64,000 nt of DNA from Chrysomallon squamiferum (lineage: Eukaryota; Animalia; Mollusca), in assembly GCA_012295275.1 (NCBI GenBank), contig CM022675.1, positions 6,820,001-6,884,000 of the forward strand. The letters run 5' to 3'. Position 1 is the stretch's first letter, and every line of letters begins with the position of its first letter. Positions 1-41,181 of this stretch are shown one piece after another. Made by a program: the position numbers and the translations under genes. A model generated the notes under the pieces. The model was not told the DNA's origin and made no database searches. It saw only the letters and a program-made list of their open reading frames with translations.

Positions 1-33
<33 letters not shown>

Positions 34-373
34 GAGACAAGGAAGGAGTGAGAGACAAAAAAGAGAAAGATGGGAGAGAGAGAGAGATAACAATAAAGGA
101 AACAAAGACAAAACAAGAAAGACAGAACTGGTGAGAGAAAGAGTGAGAGAGACACAAAAAAAGAAGGAAACTTTGAACTGGATGAAAGAGAGAAATAGAG
201 AAATAGAGAAAGAGCGAAATGGAGAGATAGAGAAACATTTTCACAGAGAGAAAGTAATGATTTAAGATCCATGTTTATCAATTTAGACATAAAGTACTCA
301 TACATATGCAACTTCAAAACCACACATTTATACTTATCAAAACTATAAAATCTACCAGGACACTTATTTATTA

Positions 374-421
<48 letters not shown>

Positions 422-500
422 TCTCTCCAGACCCACTCAAACATATCACCTACATCTACTTATTAACACTGTGACATAAACCTAGATATCTATTATTAAA

Positions 501-534
<34 letters not shown>

Positions 535-1422
535 CTCGTCTCCAAAACCCACTACAGCATACCACCTACATATATACCTATTAAATCAGCAAGGCAAACT
601 TGTGTCCCCTATTATTTGATCTGTGTGGTAGTCATAATGAACTGTTTTGTTAAGGTGAGGGCAAGATAAGCTTCAATACCATTGTTTGATAATGTATGTT
701 TGTTGAGCTTTTTCTTACTGCTTGCAACACTTCAGTCAATGTTTATCGATTGCTTTCATTTTTCTGTGTTTGACCTATGTACACTTTCAACTCCAAGTTC
801 TTTGTGTTAAAGCACACCTACCAAAACATTCGGACAAAACTTTTGTTATTAATTTTGTGTAAACTGCCATGTAGAGATGTTTGTTCCTCATAGATATCAT
901 TTTATTATTTATTTATTTCATTTATGTGTTGTTATTAATATTATTTTTTTTTTCATCTGTTTAAAGAAGCACCTTTAGCAGTGCTTTTCTGGCTAGAAGT
1001 TTTGGTCAAATTTCATGTTTGTTTGTTTGTTTGTTTGTTTGTTTATTTAAGTGCACATATATACTAAACAATTTGAAACAAAATGTTTTTAAATTAAAAT
1101 GTATGAACTGTTGTTTTGTTCTGTTTTTGTCTTTTTTAAAATTATTTGTTTAACTTACTTATTTATTTATTATTTATTTATGTTTGTTTTTTTGTTTATT
1201 TATTTGTTTATTTGTTTATTTGTTTGTTTAATTATTTGTTTGTTTATTTGTTTATTTATGTGTTTGTTTGTTTGTTTGTTTGTTTGTTTATATATTCTAA
1301 GGTGGTTGTAACAAAAGCCTAAATTCACTTTGTATGCATCCAAGGAACTGCTCTGTTGCCAAATTTAAACAAAACATTTTTGATAATAAAGTAAAATAAT
1401 AATATAATAATGATGATGATGA

Positions 1423-1474
<52 letters not shown>

Positions 1475-1567
1475 TTTTTTTTTTTTATTTTATAATTTTG
1501 GTTTTATTATTATTATTTTTTTTTTTTTTTGGCATTTCTTCATGGCAGATACTTGCTTTTGAAGCAC

Positions 1568-1598
<31 letters not shown>

Positions 1599-1939
1599 AA
1601 TTTTCTTGACAGCCAAATAACTAAGTTGTCTTGGTCCAACCAAATACCAAGGGTCAAACAATCACATTGTAATACCTATTGATTTTTTATCGATCTCATT
1701 ATTTCACCTGTATTGGGTGATAATTTCATACCTGTGTTCAGGTGAATCTGACATTTTTGTGAAAATCAATGGCTGATGCTTTCAGACTGTCTAAGACACA
1801 AAGACTTTGTTTATTTATAACTTGATAAAAGTTAATATCTTCTTTGAGTAATATGGAATGTGTGGAGTTTTTTTTTTTTTTGAATTTCTTCATATATAAA
1901 AAAAATAACGTAAAAAACAAAATATTTCATTTATTTAAA

Positions 1940-1982
<43 letters not shown>

Positions 1983-2460
1983 TATAATCTGATTAATTTT
2001 TCAAATATCTATAAATAAAATTTAATAAATTTATCTACTTAAATACTATTCATAAGAATGTCAGTCATTATTTGTTTTGAAATTAATTTGAATATAAATT
2101 GAAATAAAATCCTCATCAACTAAAATCTACTGACAGGTGAAATGAAGCTTTTGCTTTTAGTATTTTGTATTAAGATTTAAAAAAAATAAATAAAATAATA
2201 AAATAATAAAAAAAAGTGTTTTTCCTGGTGATAGACTTATTTCTATAAATCAGTTATACTGTTTTTATCATACTTTGGCTTCTGTAAAACTTTTAGGGTT
2301 TATCATTGGTGATAATGTAGTTTATTTGTTGTTATTACTGTTATTATTGTTGATGTTATTTGTTTTAGTTATTATTATTGATGTTGTTGTTGTTGTTATT
2401 TTATTAATTTGTTTTAATTATTATTTATATTATTATTATTAGCCCTTGTTTCTTTATTTA

Positions 2461-2491
<31 letters not shown>

Positions 2492-2776
2492 TTTATTTTC
2501 ATTCTTGTTATAATTATTCTTATTATTAAAAAAATTCAAATTAATACCACGATAAGCAATAATGTTTTGTATTATCCATGTTTTTTCTATTTCAAATATT
2601 TCACTGTTTATCATAAAATAACCTTTTAATTTTTGATTTTACATTTTATTTTATTTTTTTATTATTATTTATTCATTCATCGATTCTTTAATTTTATTTT
2701 TTTATTATTTTTTTTTGTCTGTTTGTAAGGCTATTGATTTCAACATTTATTTATTTGTTTATTATATTTACTTACT

Positions 2777-2811
<35 letters not shown>

Positions 2812-3005
2812 TTAAAGTTTATCTCACTTAACAACACACTAATATTGCTTATAAACTGGATACTTATCATCATTTACATACATTAAAAAAAAAAAAAAAA
2901 AATTTAATTTTTTTATTTTATTGTCTTTTCAGATGAAAGACGACTCACTCGGTAATTAAAATGGTGAATTACTTTGACCTGGGTTAAGTCTTCGCCACTC
3001 AAACA

Positions 3006-29467
<26,462 letters not shown>

Positions 29468-30047
29468 TGATAAAATGAAGAAGATTTTGAAATGAAGAAT
29501 GTGAAAGATATTTTTATTTTAATTATTTTTTTAATTTATTATTATTATTATTATTTTTTTTTTTTTATTTCATTTATTTATTAGTTATTTAAAAAACTAA
29601 ACTTTTCTGAACAAAAAAATTTAAAATTAAAAATTAACTTGAAAAAAGAAACAAAAACAAAATACAAGAATATAGCTCACAACTACAAATGATATTTGGA
29701 TCTGTGTCTCTGTACAGTGTTTTTAAAAATTTGTTTTTATTTACTTATTTGTTTATTTTTAAAACAAATGAGATTTTAATTTAATATTTTCTCAGAAATT
29801 GACCAGTGATGTTATTTACAGCTCTGAAAATGTAAATCATGAATGGTTTAACTGTATCTTCATTGCATTTTGTAAAAATTAAAAAATCATGATTTGACCA
29901 CAAACATCAGATTATTAATTCTCATTAAAAACTATGAATTTGTAATGTTTCTTTTTTTAAAATTTTTAGTTTTATGTTGGGTTTTTTTGTTTGTTTTTGA
30001 TTTTAATTTTATTTTTAAAATTTTTAAATGATTTAAATTTATTGTTA

Positions 30048-30100
<53 letters not shown>

Positions 30101-30150
30101 TTTGTTTTGATTATTATTAATTTTATTATTATAAATTTGTATTATTATTA

Positions 30151-30212
<62 letters not shown>

Positions 30213-31284
30213 ATTATACAATATCTGTGATATTATCATAATATAGTCAATCATTGCTTTTAATATTAAACCCAAAGCTTTGAAAAAACATTTTGGATCA
30301 TGTTGAAAAAAAAACAAATTCATTTTAATTTGTCGTATTTTTTTAATAGTATTTGTGTTTCTAATAATTTCTGCACCTTTTTACTTACATAAATACTTAA
30401 TTACTGTAATACCATTTAATAATTTCAAGTATTTATTCCTAATGTTATTCTTGAAAGTTACGACATTTTTTTTTATTGTAAATAAAATTTTAATTATCTG
30501 TTTTTATTTCTTGTAAATCTGTACAATAAATAAAAACAAATATATGTTTTTGACTCTGTTAATGCTGCCTAAACCTACACTGAATTGTAAACCTGTATGC
30601 AGAAAAGATAATATATTTATAAAAAAATATATATAATAAAAAAATGGAAGGTACATTTTTTGGAATGTTTTTGGTAGTAACTGAAATAATGTGATACCAA
30701 ATAATAAAATTTTCATGTGACCCAAAGCAATTTTTTAAACATTTGAAAACTAAGTATTTCCAAAATACATTACCATTGACAAATTTTAAAATCTTATGTA
30801 TTATACTGTATTGAAAGAACATATCAGAATTTCCTAACTTTATTCATATTTGAAACCTAAGTGGTTTAAAAATACATACCATTGAATAATTTTCAAATCT
30901 TACATATTATGCTATATTGAAAAAACATATAAAATGAAGCAGTTTTGAAATATTTGAAGCCTCAGAACTTGCAAAATGCTTTACCACTGAAAATTAATTC
31001 AAATCTTAAATATTATATTATATTAAAAGAAAACATCAGCTGAAGTAATTGCAAACCTCAGCATTTCCAAAATGTCATAAAGTGACTTGTCTCTTGCATG
31101 CAGGTTTTTAATTAATATTCATAATTAATATTCCGAATTTAGGCACATTCGTTTTGGCTTTACATTCAGCAATGTATGTATGAATGAAATGAACTATCAT
31201 GTATTGTGATTTTGAATTAACAAATGACATTTTATTTGCTAGATTTATTTATAATTGATAAAATTGGTTAATATACGTCTTATC

Positions 31285-31351
<67 letters not shown>

Positions 31352-31467
31352 GCATGTATCAAAAATATATGCATTTGTTAGAGTATGTGATAAGATAACA
31401 AAATGTTTCTTTATAAAGTTTTAGAAAAATGGTATTTTACAGATACATTGATTTTTTATTTTAATAT

Positions 31468-31502
<35 letters not shown>

Positions 31503-33703
31503 CTTACTTACTCTCTTATTTAAACTGTCTCAAAATATCATTCCATCCATTCCTATCAATTTCCTTTGTTATTAAATCTTCGATATTCAAGAGTTAATTG
31601 TTTTTTTAAAAATACTGTAAATTGTTTTAACTAATTCTTTTAAGTACCCTTGCTGAGGATTGTAAGAACAATTGATACCTAGTTGCTATATTAAAAGAGT
31701 AACTTAGATGGAACATTCCTGTATAATTACTAATGGTAGACATATCTTCTTTTTTTTTTTTTTTTTTTCAAATAATATTTCTTTTATCACCTTAAAAGAT
31801 AATTTGCTGCCAAGAGAAAAGAGTAACATATGTGATAGTCTCTATAAGAAAAAAAATGAGATCTTGCTGCTAATTAAAAAAAACAAAAAACAGCCACATA
31901 ATTGGTTTGTAGTTTGTTGCTGTTAAAAAGATATAATATTTAATATTTCAGTGCTGTATTAATGTATATTCTATATTTAGAAAATCAAAATGTTATATTT
32001 TTATTTTAACACTGATTTTAGATTTTGTCCTATATTTTAAAACTGTTAATGTTTTCCTCTGAATACTCATGAAAGAACACAACACTCTTTTTAGATAATC
32101 AAAAATACACACACACATACATATGTACATACATATATATTTTATTCATACATACATACATATATACATATATATTTTTGTTTTCATATAAACATATACA
32201 TAAACAAACACACACTTACATACATATACAAATAGACAAATCACATAATATCTTAACAAGTTAAATATACTTTCAATATATTAAATGCATACAAACATAT
32301 AAACCATTTATAGATTGTATAATGTTTTTTTTTTTTTTTTTTTTTACAAATCTTTAAACTGACATCCTTTCCATAACAAAAACCATTAATTGATTCATTC
32401 CTAATTTGGATTTAATTTATTTTAGATCAGACTCAGTTTCAGAAAGTTTTTGTATGAGGTGAAGAATAAGCATGATAATTAGAAGAAAAAAATTATATTA
32501 GCTATATATATATTATTGTGTGTGTGTGTGTATCAGTATGTGTGTCTGTTAGTACATCAGTGTGTCTGTATATCTCCAAAATGTAACCAAGTGTACTGCT
32601 GAAATTTATGAGCATTTATGTTGTATATATTTGTTATTTTTGTTATATAACATTGTATTAGTGTTATACTTGTTAATATTAGTCTGGCTGTTATGTAATA
32701 TTGGTGATATGTATTAATTAACACAGTATTAATTAATTTTTATATTTCTCATTCCGTCCAGAAGGTTTAAAATTTTTCTTGCTTCTTTTTGTTTCTTTTT
32801 TATTTTGTTTTTATTTTTTTTACTTTTTTTTTTTTTTTTCATTTTAATTTTTTTTTTTTTTTTTTTTTTTTTGTATGTAATTTGACTTTTTTTTAATTAT
32901 TATTTCTTTACAAAATTTTTTTTTATTTTCTGTTTTTTCTTCACAAATAAATATATTTAATACTTACTGAAATTATTATTATTATTATTATTTTATTATT
33001 ATTATTATTACTGTTACATTTTACTATTATCATAATCATCATTATTATGATTATTATTATATTTTATCATTATTTTATTATTATAACTATGATAATATAA
33101 TTATTATAATTATTGTTATTTTTCTTTTTACAACAAAAATTCATTTAAACTTATTAGATCTACAAAAACCCTTTTATAATTCAGTTTGTTTTGTTATACA
33201 TAATTCTATTTTATGATATTCATGGATGTATTTTAAAACATGTATATATGTAACATATAAATATATATATATATATATATTAACATTGATAGTATTTGTA
33301 CATTAAATAAAAACAAACATTATTATGTCACTTGTATGGATAATTATTACTATTTTTATTATTACAATACAGCATAAAATTTCAAGCTATTAGAATTTTT
33401 AAATTTTAATGTAGATAAAAGAAAAATGTATAAATTTTCTTATGGATTACAACAATATTTTGATTAAAAAAAAGTGGACATGAATTTCTTTTTTCTTTCT
33501 TTTATTTATTTATTTTTTGTTTTGTTTTGTTGTTGTTTTGTTTATTTGTCTTGATATCATGTCTGGGTCACCTTAAAGAAAATAAATGTGTAACAGAACA
33601 CCATATATAAATCAGTATAACTTTGGATAACAGCATTGTAAAAAGTTTAAAAAGTTTGATTATTTATTTCAAAAATTAAATCAATTATGGATAAAACAAA
33701 ACA

Positions 33704-33736
<33 letters not shown>

Positions 33737-35194
33737 CTAGTTGTACTTAATAAGAGTCATAAAAAAAAAAGTTTGATGTAAATTAAATAAAATGAATTTC
33801 TGAAAGATGTGTGTGGTTTTGGCTCTATTTATATCTCAATAACATGCGAATAATAATGCAACAAAATCCCTTAAAACAATGACCAGGGTATTTTGGGACT
33901 TTATATATATTTTATTTTACAATTTTTTTTTATCTTAATAATCAAAACTAAATCAAAGTAATGATATTGTTTTTATTCAGAAAATTGTATGTGTGAGAGA
34001 GAGAAATTTAGTTAAATAAAATGTAGCTCATAAATTATTACTTTGTTTTATGTGTTTTACATATAAAACATATATATATATATATATATATGACTATGTT
34101 ATGTAGATTTTGCTGTCATTAATAATTTATTTAAACAAATATGTGAAAACAAATGTTTTTCAAATGTTAAAGACTAAACAGTTTTCACTATTTATACATT
34201 TAATCTTAACATGAGTTAGTTTCCATGACTTGCTAATAATACTAAATAAGACTAAACAAAATATTTAAATATTTTCCCATGATAAATTTGTGTGTGTGTG
34301 TGTGTGCGTGCATGTGTGTTTGTGAGGAGGTGATTGCCAACCCGTTTTATTATCTATTTTTCTTTTCGGTTATTTCACTCGATTTTATAAATGGATTTCT
34401 TTTATTAATTAAATTATTTTTTCTTTGATACAAAATTCATGAAAAGTTAATATTAAATCAGAAATGACATTTAACTTAATTATTTGAGTAATTTTTAATT
34501 TATTATTATTATTTTGTTTTAATTATATTTATTTAAATATGTTTACTATTTAAAATTATTATTATTAATATTATGATAATTATTATTATTTTTTCCATTT
34601 TTTTATTTCAGTATATAAAATAAGCACATGTAGATATACATCCTATTTTTAAATTCTTGTGCATTTGTCAATATTAAATATATATATATACCTATTTTTT
34701 ATTTGTTTTAATTTTCATACATTAATGTTAACATGTCAGAGTAGATCATGACACACTCACACACATACACACAAACACACAACTGCACACACACTGACAC
34801 ACACACACATATGTACATATGTACAGACACAGGCATAAAAGGAGCACATTTACATTGAAAAATCAAACACTAAACAGAGATCCATTTTCATCTACCCCCA
34901 AATCAGCACCACCCACAAAACCTCCTCCCTAGCCCAGTGACTAAATTTACTAACATTTTGTAGCTAATTTATTTAGTTCATTCATTTATGGCGATTTATT
35001 TCTATTATTATTCAAAATTTTATTTATTACTCTGTAATATATTTATCTTCTAGTTTGACTTGAATATATTTTGATTTGTATTTATTATTATTCTACTTGT
35101 TGGAATGGATGTTCATGGTAATATGGTTGTTCAGAATAAAGCAGATGTAATTAAATTCTTCATTCTTGTTGTTTTTTTCTTGAAAATAATCTTT

Positions 35195-35600
35195 CACAAC
35201 CAACACCATAAAAGTTTTGAATTTTGAAAATAGAATCTTTTCTACCCAACAGCATAGAAGTTTATTTTTGAAAACAGAATTTTTATACCCAACCCAAAAC
35301 AAGTTTGTCTTTGAAAACAGAATCTTTCTACCCAACACCACAGAAGTTTGTTTTTGAAAATGGAATCTTTATATCGAACACCAAAGAATTTTGTCTTTGA
35401 AAACAGAATCTTTCTACCCAACATCATAGAAGTTTGTTTTTGAAAATGTAATCTTTAAACCAAACATCTGATCATAGAAAGTTTGTTTTTGAAAACAGAA
35501 TCTTTATACCCAAACCAAAGAAGTTTGTTTTTGAAATCTGAGAGAATCTTAGAGATGGTTGTATTTTGGAAGTAGAATCCTTTCTACCCAACACCATAGA
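35195..35600. repeat. Intergenic ~37-38 bp minisatellite (aagtttgtttttgaaaacagaatctttctacccaac)
   Basis: About 10 copies; explains ORFs 35093-35341 and 35242-35427. Confidence 0.85.
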
Positions 35601-36489
35601 AAAAAAAAGAAGAAACATAAATTGAACAATATCTTAAAATGACAGGCAATAATAAAAAAATAAACAATAATAAAATAAATAAATAATAACAATAATAATA
35701 ATAATAATAAGAATAAGATTCTCTGCATGCATCTGTTTATATTTATAAAACCTTTGTGTACTTGCCATTATATTGATAATAAATAACTAAATACAGGATA
35801 TGGTTGGACAAATGGTTTTCTCAAAAAAAAAGAGAATTCCCTTTAATTATTTCTGTACTTGTCCACCTTTTACAATAAAGATTTGTTTTAATAGTTATTA
35901 TTATTTTATACTGATTAAACTTCCAGTTTTTTAACATTTGTCCTTGTTTAATATTTCAGTCTGCAAATAATATGGCAAAATCAGCTTGGTTTAAAAAAAA
36001 AAAAAATCTTCTTATGGTGTATAATATTTAGATTTATATTGAAAAAATAAAACAGTGTACTTAATGTTACTTATTATTATTATTTTTATTTTTATTACTT
36101 TTTTTTTTTACACGTAAGCGCTATGTTAAAAGAACAGTAGTTTGCATAAGTTGATTAAACTAGGTCAGATAGTGTATGTACCTCAGTGCGTTAGTGCATG
36201 TGTGCGTGTGTCTGTTTGTCGTTAAACATTTGATAAATCAGTCGTACAAAAGTGAACTGAACTACGATTAGCCACATGCGCGCTAAGTAGGATTATGCTT
36301 TAGCGACAATAATCCGATGGAAAATTAAATCATTTTTAAGAGTAAATAGTTATATCTAATCTGCTCGCATAATGGTTGTGGTTGAAACCTTAGCAGATAT
36401 TAACACGAAGGAATTCATGTAAATAATATTTAGAGACTGATGCTCTGTACAGAAGGGCGAAATTATAAGTTCAGTAACAAAACCAGGAA

Positions 36490-36520
36490 ATAAGGGTAAC
36501 TTCCGTCAAAATAAACATGG
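36490..36520 (+). promoter_or_regulatory. SNX4 proximal promoter / translation start region (ETS-like ACTTCCG; CpG-enriched patch about 36110-36900)
   Basis: aacttccgtcaaaataaacATGG; local excess of CpG relative to the flanks. Confidence 0.45.
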
Positions 36521-36624
36521 AGGGTGATACAGAATCTAGTCCACCCTCAGCCGATGTAGAAAATAACCAGAACGAAATTATAAACGACACAAACAAGAAA
36601 CAAAAACCAACGACAAACACACAC
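36517..36624 (+). CDS. SNX4: SNX4 exon 1
   Basis: aaacATGG start context; MEGDTESSPPSAD...; donor CAC|gtaatt (phase 0). Confidence 0.65.
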
Positions 36625-37026
36625 GTAATTAGTAATAGTTTACATTTTTCGTAATATTTAAGTTCTGTATCATTGACGCCAAAATCGATCTAGCGAAATT
36701 TGCATAATTTTATGTTTTGACGTTTATGACTTTTAAATCACGGATTACTAATTTACTGATAACAAGCTAGCTTCATATTTATATTAAATTAAAATTTTAA
36801 GGAAACGGTGCTTTCAGAAATGTACTGATAATAAATACACAGTTTGCGTCATCTGAATTAAAAACGGCAGTAATTAAATTGATATATTGATCAGGAAATG
36901 TTGCTACTTAATATTAATTTAAGTAAAATAGTAATGTATATAAATACAAAAAAATAGAGTTACAATTCCCAGCCTTGCCTTTATGTTATTAAAATTCTTA
37001 CAACTAAATTATCCCAGTCTTTAGCA

Positions 37027-37083
<57 letters not shown>

Positions 37084-40000
37084 TTTTGACAACTCTTCTA
37101 CAATGGATGGACATTACAGTTTCAGAACCAGAGAAAAGGACAAACACATCCATGAAGATGCAGGACACATTTATTGTATATCTTGTAGAAACCAGGTATT
37201 ATATGATTTATTTATTTATTTTTGGGAAGAAATACATTTTCATTCTTTTTATTATTATTATTTTTTTTTTTTTTTAATAAAGATATATTCTGATTTTCAA
37301 AACACATACATAAAACAATTAAAATAAATGTAAGAAGTATAAATTCGAAGGTTTTCTCTCTTTTTTTTTGAATTTTTCCCACCAAGAGTGACAGATGAAA
37401 ACATGAAGGGATATGGAGAAAGAACAACATCGCTATGGCGACGGTATAGCGAGTTTGAACTTCTGAGAAACTATTTGGATATCATGTATCCAGCCATTGT
37501 TATTCCTCCACTACCTGAGAAGAAGGTGACTTTTTAACTACACTTTATTTATTCATTTCTTTTTCTTTTTCTTTTTTTTCTCATTATTAATGAAAAAGAA
37601 TAAATAAATAAAGTATGTTTGAATTATTATTTATAAATATCTGTTTTTGATTATTTTATATTTATTAGTCTATTATTGTGTTTTTAAATTTACTCAAGAA
37701 TATAAACAAAATGTTTTAATTAATTTTTGAATTTTTGTATTTTTATTTATTTATTAATTTTTTTATAATTATTTTTAAATTATTATTTTTGTTATTGTTA
37801 TTTTCATCATTATCATTGTTATCATCATCTACATTATTATTATTATTATCATTATTCTTATTTTCATTATTATTGTTATCATCATCATCATCATTACTAT
37901 TATCATTATTATTCTTATTATTGTCATCATCACTGTCATCATTATTGTTATAAATGTTGTTTATATTTTTTTCGTAGGCAAGTTACACATGGCTGAACTC
38001 TCCAACTGATAAGTTAGACCCAGAGTTTGTGGAAAGAAGAAGAAATGCTTTGGAGGTTTTTGAATCATTTATTTATCAGTACTTAGAAATAGCTTAATGC
38101 ATTTAGTAAACTTCTTACACGATTACAGATAATTCATTTATTTGTATTTACAAAAATAGCTTAATACAGTTAGTAAACAACTTACATCATTACAGATAAT
38201 TTATTTATTTGTATTTACAAAAATAGCTTAATACAGTTAGTAAACAACTTACATCATTACAGATAATTTATTTATTTGTATTTACCAAATAGCTTAATAC
38301 AGTTAGTAAACAACTTACTTGATTACAGATAATTTATTTATTTGTATTTACCAAATAGCTTAATACATTTAGTAAATAACTTGAATCATTACAGATAGTT
38401 CAAGCATTCACTTAGTAGTACAAACAAACAGTCACATAAAAATATCATACTTCCATGTTACTATTTTATGTGACCCATCACATCAAAACAAGTCTTAAGT
38501 CACAAGACCAAGTATTCAGCATTAGACAACACAAGAACATTAATGAAGAGGACACAACATTTTTTTTATTTTTTTATTTGTTAAAAATGGGTTTATATGT
38601 ACCTTATCTCTTTGAATGAGTGACACAGTTAATGGATATATTAATCCTAAGGAATCCTATATTCACTCATAACAAAGTATGGCAATAAAACAATACTGTT
38701 ACAAAATATCAGATCACCACAATTTTACCTCATTATGACTACAGTCATGATGTTGTCATTCATATTATACATGGTTGAGTGATAACAGTTGTTTATAAAA
38801 GATGGAAGAAACTTTATACCAGTGACATTATGACATCATAACATTGAGATATTTTTAAATGTCACTCTTTTTTTTTTATTATACTTTATTAGTAGTTAAG
38901 CTTGGACAGCACAAAATAGACAAAAACATAATGTGGAAGAATGTGAGATGTAATTTAGACTATTTCTTCTTATCTCTCTACTGTTACACTTTAAATATAT
39001 ATCAGTGATATCATTTACTATCACCAGGGTATATATCAGTTTGTGGACAGTCTTTATCTGCTTGTTTTTAACTGGTTCACTGCTACATTATCTATGCTAT
39101 AGTGCAGGCCAAATGTACACAAAGGCATTTTCCATGATAACTCTTAATGTTTGAAGTTCAAGGAACCTGTAACCAGCCAACCCAGGAAAACAGTGTCAGA
39201 TAATAAATTTCTTTTTAAATTTTTTTTCAGATTTTTCTATTACGAGTGGCAGCACATCCTGTTATTTGTAATGATAAAATATTTATGGGATTTTTACAGC
39301 AGGTAATAAAAAATGTTTCTGTCTGTCTGTCTGTCTGTCCATCTCTCTGTATTTTTTTTTTTTTGTAACTGTGTAAATTTCAGTTTATCAGTTTATTTAT
39401 TTGATGTTTATCATTCTGTTTGTCCTGCTGCTTACTGTTTTGTTGATTATTAATCTGTTAATTTATGTGTTTGATTGTCAGTGTATATATTTATTTTTAT
39501 ACTTCCTTCTTTGTCATTTTTTCTTTAAAAATAAAACTATTTATTTTATTTTTTTCTATGATTTGTATAGTTTTTGTAATATTCTTGTTACTAGTGATTA
39601 ATAGAAGAATATTTTTAAATGTATATTTTATTGTGTTCTTAAAAATGAGCACTAATGTGTATTTTGATTTCTCTTTGAAGTATATTAACAGAAAAATCAT
39701 AGTTTTCTTTAAAAACACATTTGATGAAATTATATTGAACTAGATATTCACATTAATTTTGACAAAAACATCCATTTTGAAATATCTTCAGTGAATGCTG
39801 AATTGTTGTTAAATATCTTTTTCTAAAAAAATTGATCCATTAATAAAAAATACATTTTAAAAAAGTATAAAAAATATATATAAATTATTATTTCTTTTGT
39901 TGCAGGAGAATTCATGGAAAGATTTGGTTTATGCTACAGATTTTCAGAGTAAAGTAAGTTTTGCATTTATATTTTACATATATTTTTATTGTTTTAACAA

Positions 40001-40421
40001 AATCTAAAAAGGTATTTAATTTTACATAATTTTTTTAAGCTAAGTGATATCTAGAATAGTTTTGTTGAGATAATTTAGTTTTATTTATTTTATTATTTTA
40101 AAACACTGTTAAGAAATGTTTATGTTTGATTTTCAGGCTGACTCCAGGCTAAAAGCTCTCAATGCATCATTCAGACTGAAGAAACCAGACAGGTCAGTGT
40201 GTCCAGATTGACTGGACTGTCCACTTTCTCTCTAGAATGACCAGACTGTACACTTTCTAGACTTTCTGTTCTTTGTTTTCCATTTAAGACTAGAAGGACT
40301 TTCTCTAGAATGACCAGACTGTACACTTTCATTTCACCATTGTTTTCCATTTAAGACTAGATCACATTCTTTTTCACATTCTTTTTCTTTAGCTGTATCA
40401 TATTCCTATCACCAGCTGATA

Positions 40422-40478
<57 letters not shown>

Positions 40479-41133
40479 TGTCTCTCTATCTCTTCCCCTC
40501 TCATAAAATAAAGATAACATCAATCTTTACATATTATTTAATGTTGTTTTACAACTTACAGTATTTTTATCAAAGAGATTAGTAAAGATTTGAATGTGGA
40601 CTTATTATTCATTTATTATATATTTTTTAATTTCTTTTCAGAAGGTTTGAAGAAATAAAGAATTACAGTAATGAACTAGAGAACAATATTTCCAACATTT
40701 TGAAAATTAGGGCTGTGAGTTATTTATATCTGTTGTTGTTGTTGTTGTTAAAACAGTATTACTGTTATTATTGTTGTTATTGTTATTACTGTTGTCTTTA
40801 TTATTATCATTATTGCTACTAATAATTTTATTGATATTATTACTATTATTGTTGTTATTACAATTATTATTAGTAGTAAGAGTAGAAGCAGTAGTAGTAA
40901 GGCTATTGTTATTACAACATGACTACTGCTGCTGCTGCTGCTACTACTACTACTACTATTATTATTACTGTTACTATTATTGTTATTGTTATTATTATTA
41001 TTATTACTATTAATATTATTATTATTGTTATTATTACTATTACTATTACTATTATTACTATTACTATTATTATTATTATTACTATCACTATTACTATTAT
41101 TACTATTATTATTATTATTACTATTACTATTAC

Positions 41134-41181
<48 letters not shown>

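Noticed and set aside
36625-37090. U12 (AT-AC) explanation for SNX4 intron 1
   Set aside because: There is no RTATCCTT donor at the end of exon 1 and no TCCTTAAC-type branch point near the 3' end.
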